DNA of 64,000 nucleotides from Eledone cirrhosa (Eukaryota): NCBI GenBank assembly GCA_964016885.1, contig OZ024741.1, positions 35,402,001 to 35,466,000 of the forward strand, read 5' to 3'. Shown piece by piece: positions 1 to 13,541 of this stretch (position 1 is its first letter; each line of letters starts with the position of its first letter). The notes under the pieces were generated by a model. It saw only the letters and a program-made list of their open reading frames with translations, ran no database searches and was not told where the DNA came from. The position numbers and the translations under genes were made by a program.

Positions 1-930
1 TCAAGTGTTCTAAGACATGAATCTGTTATGACCATAGTATCAATGTCAATTGTTCTAAGACACGACTCTGTTATGACCATAATATGAATGACAACTGTTC
101 TAAGACATGACTCTGTTATGACCATAGTATCAATGTCATCTGCTCTAAGACACGACTCTGTTATGACCATAATTCCAATGACAACTGTTCTAAGACACGA
201 CTCTCTTGTGACCATAGTATCAATGTCAACTGTTCTAAGACACGAATCTGTTATGACCATAATTCCAATGACAACTGTTCTAAGACAGGACTCTTTCTTG
301 ACCATAGTATCAATGTCATCTGTTCTAAGACACGAATCTGTTATGACCATACTATCAATGTCATCTGTTCTAAGACACGACTCTGTTATGACTATAATAT
401 TCATGTCAACTGTTCTGAGACATGACTCTGTTATGACCAGACTATCAATGTCAACTGTTCTATGACACAACCCTGTTATGACCAGACTATCAATGTCATC
501 TGTTCTATGACAAGACTCTGTTATAACCATAGAAACAATGTCAACTGTTCTATGACAGGACTCTGTTATGACCATAGTATCAATGTCATCTGTTCTAAGA
601 CACGACTCTGTTATGACCAAACTATAAATGTTGACTATTCTAAGACAAGACTCTCTTATGACCAGAGTGTCAATGTCATCTGTTCTATGACAGGCTCTGT
701 TATGACCAGACTATCAATGTCACCTGTTCTATGACAGGACTCTGATATCACCGTAGTATCAATGTCAACTTTTCTAAGTCACGACTTTGTTATGACCATA
801 GCATCAATGTCAACTGTTCTAAGACACGACTCTGTTATGACCATAGTATCAATGTCATCTGTTCTAAGACAAGACTCTGTTATGACCATAGTTTTAGTCA
901 AGTGTTCTAAGACATGAATCTGTTATGAAT
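1..930. repeat. 45-bp minisatellite (~20 units), runs off the window start
   Basis: Unit ~GACACGACTCTGTTATGACCATAGTATCAATGTCAACTGTTCTAA. TTCTAAGA recurs at 8 and 53, and ORF 88..465 has a 15-aa period. Confidence 0.95.
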
Positions 931-1059
931 CGTATCAATTCTACTCTAGTATTATGACCATAGTATTACTCATAGTATTATGACCATAGTATCAATTCTA
1001 CTCTAATAGCGAACCACCATTTCTTAATTAATTTACTAATTTACTAAACAGGTTTTGTA

Positions 1060-1660
1060 GGCTTTGCACACCAAAAAGGATACATTCAACATCCAGTAAC
1101 AGGGTCCTTGTCTATGAAGCCTAAGTCGTATGTACAAATATGTGGTCTGTGTAGTCAACTACTTTCAATTGTGGACTACCTATGCTAGCCTTATCTACTT
1201 CCCTACAGAATACCATGTCTAAATACAATCTGGATGACCCAACGCAGATTATCCACGGTGCCATTGGAACATTCTGGAAATCCAATCAGTACCAGTCTGA
1301 TAGTTGGAAATGTCTGAACAAGTTTGCAATATTTTACACCCTCCTCCTCCTCTATCTGCTAGCCCCACACAGACCCAGCATGTATCTAAGATACCGTTTC
1401 TGACACCCAGTAACTCTAAAGAGTGGGACGTTCCTAGAAAGGTTTCCAGACACCTGAAGGAATAAGACCATCTACCCATGTTGGGGCATAAACGGCCACT
1501 AGCCTGAAGCATATCTTCCACTGCTGGTCAATACCACCAAGTCTTGGAAGATGGTCGGGAGATCCAAGGCTTTAAGATATGTTACACCTCGCAGCCGCTG
1601 AAAATAGGTGTGAAGTCTGGTGCCTCAGAAATTCTGGCCTCATTGATGACCACCACATCT
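1060..1660 (-). mobile_element. Decayed APE-endonuclease fragment of an L1/Tx1-like LINE
   Basis: Minus-strand pieces DVVVINEARIS, FRLVAVYAPT, LETFLGTSH..GVRNGILD, FQLSDWY*LDF, YTDHIFV and GPCYWMLN align with the ORF2 N-terminus at 45.6-44.9 kb (DGIAVSETRIS, FRLVAVYAPT, LEAFLGTS..GDWNGILD, YSDHKFV, GPGYWKLN). Contains stops and frameshifts. Confidence 0.85.
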
Positions 1661-1807
1661 ATTTTATTAATATCACCTTTTATAAAAAAAAATAAACATG
1701 GTCATTTTTTTTCTTCATAAAAATGAACAATAAATGATTAATAGATAAAGCCTGTATTTCATAATTCTGATTTTGCAACATTTTTTTTTTTTACGTTTTG
1801 ATTTTAG

Positions 1808-1941
1808 TAAATGCGGCAGCTGCGGAAACTTGTAAAAGCCTGAAAGGCAACTGTATTGACAGCAGACTTTACTTGTGTACAAGTGTGACCAGATATGGCG
1901 TCTGTGGACAGAAAGATTACATAATATGTTGCCTCGATTAA
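1808..1941 (+). CDS. Internal coding exon (1808-1960, stop 1939-1941) of a small, probably secreted six-Cys beta-defensin-like peptide; the signal-peptide exon is presumably upstream of the window
   Basis: Poly-T tract and TTTTAG| acceptor at 1807, branch-like CTGAT near 1767, GAG|GTAAGG donor at 1960/1961. Phase-1 frame reads xNAAAAETCKSLKGNCIDSRLYLCTSVTRYGVCGQKDYIICCLD*. Confidence 0.8.
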
Positions 1942-2079
1942 ATGTCAAGAAACAAGGGAGGTAAGGAAATATGACACAACTGATTCTGGGGGGGGGGGGT
2001 CTTGCGCTAGTGTGTAGTGGTAACTAGATAATATTTGTGGTGGGGAGCAAACGAATAGACAAATAAATTGGAGTCGTGT

Positions 2080-2111
<32 letters not shown>

Positions 2112-2426
2112 TTGTGTGTGTTAGTGTGTGTTGTGTGTGTGTGTGTATGTGTGAGAGAGAGTAAATGTGTGTGTGTGTGTAATTGCGTGCATGTCTTTAA
2201 CTTGATCAATGGTGTTTTAATTGTTTGATGAATAGAACGGTCGAGGAACTAGCATGCAAGTGACTGAACAGTCCCCAGGTATGTGTTCCGTTAATGTAAT
2301 TCTCAGGTAGATTCAGCATGATACTTGAATTATAAGTAATCTAACTCATATCCTTATGGCTGTTGGCCGCGAATATGTTAACCCCTATGCTACGCACCTT
2401 CATAAGAAAAATACATAGTATTTAGT

Positions 2427-2743
<317 letters not shown>

Positions 2744-2824
2744 GATACCATACTCTGCTCTGTAATAGCAACGAAGGCTCAAACGACGGCTTACCACTTA
2801 CGGACACTTCAAGCATCCCATACC

Positions 2825-2869
<45 letters not shown>

Positions 2870-3049
2870 TGGATGAATACCTCAACAGGTACAATGTACT
2901 TGTAGAAATATGCAAGTTGTTTATAATATTTGTGGTTCAATGGTACTAATTCGAGATGCCAGAACAATATAAAAAGTAGCGGAGCAAGCGGTTATCAAAC
3001 AATTCTCTAAATAAATTAAAAAACGATTTAGATAATCACCTGTTCTATT

Positions 3050-3130
3050 GCTGTTACCGACGGTTTCATCATTCCAAAAGATTGGAAATCCAGAGAATTT
3101 CCAATGGAAAGAAATGAATCTTCAGACAGC
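3050..3130 (-). ncRNA. Type I hammerhead ribozyme with extended stem II
   Basis: Minus strand: GCTGT-CTGAAGA-ttcatttc...attggaaat(tctctgg)atttccaat...gaatgat-GAAA-ccgtcgg-TA-ACAGC. Stems I, II and III pair; GUA triplet. Confidence 0.85.
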
Positions 3131-3197
3131 CTATTTCCACACCATAAGGTTGCAAGCCCTATAGTAAGTAAATATTTCGCTTCCTGCCCAACGCATG

Positions 3198-3252
<55 letters not shown>

Positions 3253-3459
3253 TAAAATAACAGATTAAAGTTTAAGCAAAGAATCGCTGCTTTCAGCCTT
3301 AACGGGATCTTCTGAAACTAACAAAGTCAATCTGTAAACGCAGAAGTGGATATTTCAAAAAGCGTTGCAACCGGAGGAAGACAGGAAGACGATACTTTGG
3401 TTCGTAGAAACGTTCCCTGGCAAAGAACGGGAAAAAACGAATATAATACGTCATTAATA

Positions 3460-4290
3460 GGAACGTTGAGGCTTTCCCGTCTATCTATTAACGAGCATAT
3501 TTTCAACGACCATTCCACTTATTACAATGAAGCTCTTGCTCGGAGTGGATTTGTCGATAAGGTAGCATATACAGAGTACGAAAATAGACCTAGAAGAAAT
3601 AGATCCCGTCGCATTTGTTGGTATAACCCACCATATAATATGGAGGTGGCCACACCATTAGCTAAGATCTTTCCTTCCCTTATTACGAAGCATTTTCCCC
3701 CTACACATAAATATAGTAAAATTTTTAATAGAAATACTATTAAAATTTCTTACTCTACGACTCCTAACCTTGCACATAACATCACAGCTTCAAATTTAGC
3801 TAAACTACCTAGCCGTAGGAAGACGTGCAACCCTGTAGTTAGTACTAACTGTAATTGTAGGAATCGGGTTGATTGCCCCCTTTCCGGGAAATGCCTCTCT
3901 AGTAACATTGTCTACAAATGTAAGGTTGAAACACCCACGTCCCGTAGGGCCTACATAGGGTTAACCGTCAATAGATTCAAGCAGCGTCTTTACATGCATA
4001 CCTATTCTTTTCGTTACCCTCTAAGAAGGAATTTGACGTCACTTTCAGTTTATATCTGGAGTCTAAAAGACAACCACACCCAATATAAGTTACACTGGAA
4101 GATCACAGCTAGGGCTAGATCGTATAACGGAAATAACAGACCATGTGACCTCTGCGCCGCTGAGGCCCTGGAAATACTCTACGCCACAGACCACATCTTA
4201 AACAAAAAATCTGAGGCAATTTCGGCTTGTAAACATAAATTGCACAAAACTTGCCTGTATTACAGCCCCACGTTATACCCTAACGGATAG
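3460..4290 (+). pseudogene. PLE polyprotein C-terminus (RT thumb + GIY-YIG endonuclease), 5'-truncated
   Basis: ORF 3346..4290. The first ~38 aa derive from the inverted pLTR and are not genuine coding sequence. Confidence 0.85.
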
Positions 4291-5220
4291 TACGATCTAT
4301 ACGTGGATATTTTACGTCTTGATGTGGTAGCTAAGTATTTGTTTTGTTTATACCATTACTTATTTGCATAGGTAAGTATATATTACCTGTATGTTTTATG
4401 AAGGTACGCATACTTTCTCGTACGTATATTTGATTGTATATGTTATGGCGGATAATTTTATATATTCTGGTACATATGGTTTGGTTATGTGTATACGGGA
4501 GTTTTGCGTCTGTGTGAGTATGCAGGTTCCTACATATATAGGGTGTGTGTATATGTGTACTTCATGTTTTGGTTGACTTACGTCTCCGAACATTTGTGTA
4601 TTTACATGTAGGTAGGTGTGTGCGTTTGTTATATACGTATTTATTTATTTATATACGTTTATTCCATTATTTGTATACACGCACACACACACACACACAT
4701 ATTTATATGTGCGTGGTTTTGTATACCTATGGTAAGTGTTTTCGCGTATGCTTGTGTATGTACCTATTTGTATGCGTGTATGTATTTATTTAATTTCTTT
4801 TACCTCTGTATTGTATTTATTTACTTTTTTCTTAACTCTGTAACGGAGATTCATTCGGTCTCCTAGTTAGAATTTTAGTCTACGACTTATGCTATACCAT
4901 TTACGTGGTTTTGTCTTTGCGTGCAATTGTTCTCCACGCTCCACATATGACGTATTATCTTCGTTTTTTTCGTTCATTGCCAGAGAAGGTCTCTATGAAC
5001 CACCTAAGAGAACATTAGTCTACGACCTCTTTTATACCATAAACGTGGTTCTGTCTTTGCGCGTAATTGTTTTTCACCGCTCCTATTAATGACGTATTAT
5101 TCGTTTTTTCCCGTTCTTTGCCAGCGAACGTTACCATGAACCAAAGTATCGTCTTCCTGTCTTCCTCCGGTTTCAACGTTTTTTGAAATATCCACTTCTG
5201 CGTTCACAGATTGACTTTGT

Positions 5221-5273
5221 TAGTTTCAGAAGATCCCGTTAAGGGTGAAAGCAGCGATTCTTTGCTTAAACTA
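5221..5273 (+). ncRNA. Variant hammerhead ribozyme (CAGAAGA core) in the Naiad pLTR; further copies at 3269-3319(-), 8006-8056(-), 8790-8840(+), 57968-58018(+), 62800-62836(-, partial), 63201-63250(-)
   Basis: TAGTTT-CAGAAGA-tccc(gttaa)gggt-GAAA-gca(gcgattctt)tgc-TT-AAACTA. Confidence 0.7.
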
Positions 5274-5377
5274 TAATCTGTTATTTTAATAAATATTTGC
5301 TCTACGGTTCTTATATATTTGATATATATTTATCCTTATCGAGCCCTCTTTGGATTTTAGTCTTCAAATTTATTATT

Positions 5378-5515
5378 GGATTGGCGGCCCTTGCCATTCT
5401 GAGTTCAAATACCGCTGAGGTTAACTTTGCCTTTCATCCTTACGGGGTCGATAAAATAAAGTACCAGTAATGTACTGGTTAATTGCTGGCCTTGTGCCTA
5501 ACGTAGAAACAATTA
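5378..5515 (+). mobile_element. SINE (Meta/MESC-like central domain); other copies ~17545-17700(-), 20400-20505(+), 20575-20745(+), 33370-33550(-), 36015-36170(-), 38988-39180(+), 62418-62595(-), 63575-63672(+)
   Basis: Recurrent GAGTTCAAAT.CCGCCGAGGTTAACTTTGCCTTTCATCCTTACGGGGTCGATAAAATAAAGTACCAG with a B-box-like GTTCAAATCC. The family name is from memory. Confidence 0.85.
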
Positions 5516-5519
5516 TTAC

Positions 5520-7150
<1,631 letters not shown>

Positions 7151-7914
7151 CTCGTACAAGTTGTGAAATTGATCGGTTTTACGCACGTGGTTGGTCGAAA
7201 TATCCCGAATTCGAGTTCTAACCAGTACGGTAATTCTATATCGCTGTCTAATTGCCTGTTGGCATTTAATGCCCGGAAAGATTTTAGTCACTACCATTGT
7301 TTCCTATCGCACCGTATTCGCCTAGGTACTTGGTGACTAGAGCCGAATGCTACCATTCTCTTATACAGCGATTCGAGACAAATTTTCTCTAATAATCGAT
7401 TTTTTCACTCACTTGTTAATTTGTGTTTGACCTGAGATATGTTGGTGAGTCCTTATGGAAGGGCCGAAGAATACAATCTCGACTCCTACCATAACGTAAA
7501 TTTCTGAACCAGTAGCCGATCGGTTGACAGTATTTTGATGACGCGTAGGGATTTCCATTAGTAATGTACTATTGTGTCACCTGTCGCATTTACTGCCATA
7601 GACGGCTCGGACTGGAATCGAATTCTGTCGATCGATTGGTTATAGATTAGGCGAGATCCACTGATGAAGCCATATGCGGTGATTGTGCATTGTTGCATAA
7701 TAAATGCAACCAATAGATGCCGTACGCTCTCTTTCTGCATTCAGTGTTGCCGAAACTCGAGTACGGGTATAAATTTATGGTACCCATTTACTTGTGTTGT
7801 AGTGAGGCAAATAACTTTGTGTCTACTCTGGGATATTTACATAACCCTACCTGTTGAGTAAGCTGAGATGCAACCGGTACTAGCAGGGAAACCTTATGCT
7901 AGTCCCGCCAACTT

Positions 7915-7984
<70 letters not shown>

Positions 7985-7985
<1 letters not shown>

Positions 7986-8945
7986 TTATTAAAATAACAG
8001 ATTAAAGTTTAAGCAAAGAATCGCTGCTTTCACCCTTAACGGGATCTTCTGAAACTAACAAAGTCAATCTGTAAACGCAGAACTGGATATTTCAAAAAAC
8101 GTTGCAACCGGAGGAAGACAGGAAGACGATACTTTGTTTCGTGGTAACGTTCGCTGGCAAAGAACGGGAAAGAACGAATAATACGTCATTAATAGGAGCG
8201 GTGACAAACAATTACGCGCAAAGACAGAACCACGTTTATGATATAAAAGAGGCCGTAGACTAATGTTCTCTGAGGTGGTGCATAGAGACGTTCTGTGGCA
8301 ATGAACGAAAAAACGAAGATAATAAGTCATATGTGGAGCGTGGAGAACAAAAGCACGCAAAGACAAAACCACGTAAATGGTATAGCAGAAGTCGTAGACT
8401 AAGATTCTAACTAGGAGACCAAATGAATCTCCGCTACAGAGTTAAGAACAAAGTAAATAAAATACAATACAGAAGAAATAGAAACAAATAAATACATACA
8501 CGCAAACAGATACGTACATACACAAGCATACGCAAAACCTTACCATAGGTATACAAAACCACGCACATATAAATATGTGTGTGTGTGTATGCTTGTGTAC
8601 AAATAAATAAATAATTATATAAACGTATATAAGTAAATAAATACGTATATAACAAGCGCACACACATACCTACATATAAATACACGAATGTTCGGAGACG
8701 TAAGTCAACTAAAACAAGAAGTACACATATACACACACCCACCACGTTTTTTGAAATATCCAGTTCTGCGTTTACAGATTGACTTTGTTAGTTTCAGAAG
8801 ATCCCGTTAAGGGTGAAAGCAGCGATTCTTTGCTTAAACTTTAATCTGTTATTTTAATAAATATTTGCTCTACGGTTCTTATATATTTGATATATATTTT
8901 CCTTATCGAGCCCTCTTTGGATTTTAGTCTTCAATTTTATTATTA
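7985..8945. mobile_element. ORF-less fold-back of the Naiad pLTR (minus copy 7985-8740, plus copy 8745-8945) inserted in (TA)n
   Basis: Reverse complement of ~4540-5295 followed by a direct copy of ~5178-5375; (TA)n on both sides. Confidence 0.9.
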
Positions 8946-8946
8946 T

Positions 8947-9023
<77 letters not shown>

Positions 9024-9494
9024 ATGAAAGCACGAACGGGGGATAATTTTCCTTCAGTTGTCTGTTGGAGATCATGGATATTTCTACGCATTAAAGATAA
9101 GGTATCTAGCTCCAGTGTGTCAATAATTAAAGGAAGTTATTGCGAGGAAAAGGGAAAAAGGGAAGAAAAAGGAAAAAAAAACACTGAAAAAAAAAAACGG
9201 AAAACAACATACCGAAGAGGGAAACCTGAAAGCACATGTGTGTGAGCAACTCGAAGAGAAAGAAAAAATTAAAGTCGACATCAGCTACTAGACCAAGGCT
9301 GTGTGGATGAGAAAAAAAACACGTCTGACCTCTGCAAGAGTAGGTGAAAAAAAGAGACAGGTGAGTGGAACAGGCGAGAGAAACAGCGGGCAAGCTAGCA
9401 GAGAGAGGGAGAGTAGAAATGAGAGGGAGAAAGGGAGAGAAAGAAAGGAGAAGAGTTAATAGCAACAAAATAGATAGGGAGAAACAAGAGAACA

Positions 9495-9750
9495 GGGGTG
9501 TTGGACTTACGATCATAATGTCGTGGGTTCGATTCCTGGGTTGCGTGTTGTGTTCTTGAGCAAAACACTTCATTTCACGTTGTTCCAGTATACTCAGCTG
9601 AAAATGAGTACCAACAATAGCTGGGGGTTTAATCCTGCGATGGACTGGCGTCCTGTCCAGCAGGGAGTCTTGTACTCTCGGTCGCTTCACGCCATGAAAC
9701 CGGGATAAGCACCGGCCAAATAAGCCTTCTGGCTTAAGACAGACTTTAGA
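9495..9750 (+). mobile_element. tRNA-derived CORE-type SINE; related copies 37063-37325(+), 58205-58497(-)
   Basis: B-box GGTTCGATTCC followed by GTGTTCTTGAGCAAAACACTT..ACTCAGCTG..AATGAGTACC. Confidence 0.75.
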
Positions 9751-10027
9751 TATATATGAGGGTAGATAAGGTTTTGTTTATATACATATTGTAGTCAACA
9801 TATGCAGACTATTACAATAGACACAGAAACATTTGTTAAAGCCAATAAATTCTTACTCTCCTTTCTCGCCGAAGTTTATATTTTTCTTGGTGCAATACTT
9901 GCTTATACTATATATATATGTGCGTGTGTGTATGTGTGTGTATGTGTTTGTATGTGTGTGTGTGCGTGCATGTGTGTGCGCTGTGTGCGTGTGTGTATGC
10001 GTGCGTGCGTGTGTGGGGGGGGGGTGT

Positions 10028-10088
<61 letters not shown>

Positions 10089-10550
10089 TGTGCATAGAAC
10101 AATACAAAAAACAGAAGTCAGTTGTAGGTAGATAGTTAGTTCATTGTTTCACGATCGTTTCAGAGGGTCAATTGATCAATGGAAATCGTTGTATCGATAG
10201 TATGGTAGTGGTTACGTTGCTACCTATTTCTAGTCTCGAATTCCCTGTTCAATCGATCATCTTCCTCAGAGTGTTATTATTTTGTCTAACCCCTGTATAA
10301 ATATATATATATATTCACTTGAAAACAACAGAAGGCTATGGGATACCACACCCACGATGGGTCACTTGCATAACGTCGAGTACTTTAACTTATTACATCA
10401 TGATTTGCTAACCGGAATGACCAGATACCTCAGTATGCAGATTGGAGCACTCGACGAAGTACGAAGGCTGGTTTGTTTACTCCGGAGTAATGTAAAATAA
10501 TTAAGTCAAATAGGTAAAATTTGGTTTCGTTTATTATAAATTATAGATAT

Positions 10551-11199
<649 letters not shown>

Positions 11200-11574
11200 T
11201 ATTTGAGTTATAGCTTATTAATTTATTCTAGTATTGTTTATACATCTTAATGAAACTTTGGTCACGAGATGTTGACTGTTTATACCTTGATGACTATTAA
11301 CAGATATTTCTTGTTTTATTTATAGTTATAACAGACGAAATCACTGTTGATTTAGAAGAGTATTCAGCAAACAGAGAGGCGGAGGAGAAGGCGGAGGCGG
11401 AGGAGGATCTACATACCGCAATGATTTTATAATAGTTGTCTGATATAAATTAAAATAAACCGATGAAAGAATAATAATCTTTTCTTTTATTTATACAAGA
11501 TTGATAGATGAGGATTAACTGATATTACTGGGTTAAGTAAATGCGCTGTATTTTCTGCTTCAGATGTTAAATGC

Positions 11575-12900
11575 TGCGGGCGAAAGAGGCTTGGTGTGAC
11601 GCCAGATAGCACGAGGACCCCTTGGTTCAATCAAGAAGTCAAAGATGCCATCTGAGTAAAGAAGGAGGTTTACAAATGTTAGCTTGGAAATAATCTCTCC
11701 TTCTTGTATTTGTGGTTTAAGCAGGCACGAAGAATCGCAGCAGAGACAGTAAAGGCGTCCAAAGTTAAGACAGAGAAGGGCTTTGAGGTTAAGCCGGAAT
11801 CCGACTTCAGATCAGCAAATTAAGTGTTCTGGCAGACCATTCACCGACTTCGTAATAAGAAGCCCCCCCCCCCCCACACACACACATCGCTACACACACA
11901 TACACCTGCTATCAAGTACGCGTCTAGGGTTCTTCTCTCTTGAGACAACAGCATCTTCTGATGTACACGAGGTCACAAGAGCAGTTAAAGAGTTCAAATG
12001 TGGCAAGGCCACTGGGGAAGATGAAATCCGGGCCGAGATGTTAAAAGCCTTAAATAGAGAAGGTATTCTCTGGCTGACTCACGTGTGCCGGGCGGCCTGG
12101 ATCTCTGGAAAGACACCTAAGCAACGGTAATCGGGAGTGATAATTCCAATTTTCAAAAAGCTAGACAAGAGAGATAGCTCCAATAACAGAGGGATCTCTT
12201 TGTTAAGCCTCCCCGGTAAAGCCTCTGCTAAGTGTCTGGCTAAGGGATGCAGGGAGATTGTCAAGTTCAAGCTAGCTGATGGACAGTATGGCTTTCGCCC
12301 CAGACGCAGCACAGCCGACCAAATATGCACACTACAACAGGTCTTTGAGAAATTTAAACGGAATTCCACTGAAGCAGGTTGAGAAGTTCCAGTATCTCGG
12401 GGCTGTGTTCATGAGTGATGTGATGGAAGGCAGGAAGCTGAATTAAGAGCAAAAATCGCAGGAGCTGGTGCAGTAATGAGCCAGCTTCAGCATTCAGTAA
12501 TCAGAAGGGAGATAAGCGTAAAAGCCAAACTAACTATCTTCAATTCGGTATTCGTGCCAACCTTTACCTATAGTCATGAATCTTGGATAATGACTGAAAG
12601 AATAGGATCGTGAATACAAGCGACCGAAATGGGGTTCCTCTGAAGGGTCTTTGGAATAACGTTACTCAATAGAATGCGTAGCTCGGAGATCAGAGAGTCA
12701 CTCCAAGTAGAGCCGTTACTTCCACGAATTGAGAGATCACAGCTCTGATACTATGGGTGTGTGGTTAGAATGTCTCAAAAAAGAATCGCTGGACAGATTT
12801 TACGGGAAAAAACCAGCCGGGTAGATCCAGAGCAAGATGGTTGGATAACATCCATGAGCTTTGGATCCAGCCGGATCAGTTGGAGAGGGTTGCTTCTGAC
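11575..12900 (+). mobile_element. Decayed RTE-clade LINE fragment (RT and C-terminus)
   Basis: GKATGEDEIRAEMLK, IIPIFKK..NNRGISLLSLPGK, QYGFRPRRSTADQI, VEKFQYLG, TYSHESWIMT..IQATEMGFL. Many stops and an internal deletion. Confidence 0.85.
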
Positions 12901-12924
12901 AGGACCCGCCGGAAGGAGTGTTTG

Positions 12925-13066
12925 AGGACTCTGCCCGCACGACCCATGATTTCTTGCTGATAAGCATATAGTTCTTCATCCATGGATTCGCTGCGGTATT
13001 GCTGGGCAATTTTCCTGGGTGTCAGTTTTTTTATTATCAAGCAGAGAGTATCTTTCAAGGAGTTCC
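12925..13066 (-). mobile_element. Internal fragment of the R4/Dong-like family
   Basis: IAQQYRSESMDEELYAYQQEIM matches 27.6-27.7 kb. Confidence 0.85.
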
Positions 13067-13541
13067 TCGTTCATCGTACATCGTTCCTTTGTCAGTGTTG
13101 AACAAAAGGGCAACGATGGTTGCCGAACACTGTACGGCGTAATTCGGGCTGTTTGTTTACAAACAAACCGAACATTATAATAAATGTTCGGTAAACCCAT
13201 ACGTACATATATATATATGTGTATCTATGTATATATATACATACTACTGCACGTCTGTATACATAATTTTTGGTACGCTCTCATCAGATAAAATACAAAA
13301 GTTGTTTTATAGATAGTGACATATTCAAGAATAAGAACTTATCGTTTTAAGTTTGAATAGTGAAAGAAATTCAAATCTTAGGATGAATATGTTAATGAGG
13401 GTAACGTAAAGTTGAAAAAGATCGTTATATTTAGACGCTAGGTAAATTTAAATAATTATTAGTGCTATTTTTTAAGGGAAGAAGAGAGAGAGGTTAATAG
13501 GGTGTAAGAAAATTTAAGGGAAGAATGTAAGAAAATATATA

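Larger units (their letters stand above)
3249..5375 (+). mobile_element. 5'-truncated Penelope-like element (Naiad-type): inverted pLTR piece, RT thumb/GIY-YIG ORF, 3' pLTR
   Basis: ORF motifs WYNPPY, NCNCR..CPLSGKC, IVY..YIG, CDLC..E, LNKKSE..CKH. 3249-3460 is the reverse complement of ~5085-5295. The left end abuts (TA)n. Confidence 0.9.

Noticed and set aside
88-734. Repetitive ORFs (RHDSVMT..) and a CRISPR-like look
   Set aside because: 45-bp head-to-tail minisatellite with no unique spacers; the frame breaks; eukaryotic context.
1052-1700. Plus-strand terminal exon (CAG acceptor, AATAAA near 1691)
   Set aside because: Better explained as an antisense L1/Tx1 endonuclease relic.
3346-4290. 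Selenocysteine/SECIS usage, reported for some Naiad PLEs
   Set aside because: The conserved Cys positions are ordinary Cys codons here, and I saw no in-frame TGA in the 15661-16101 ORF either.
7664-7861. Cys-rich ORF as a second defensin paralogue
   Set aside because: No matching Cys spacing or convincing splice sites; it lies in a repeat also found at 62.7 kb.
10150-10270. Active hammerhead on the minus strand (CTGAGGA...GAAACGATCGTG)
   Set aside because: The triplet is GUG and stem I does not pair; treated as a decayed relic.
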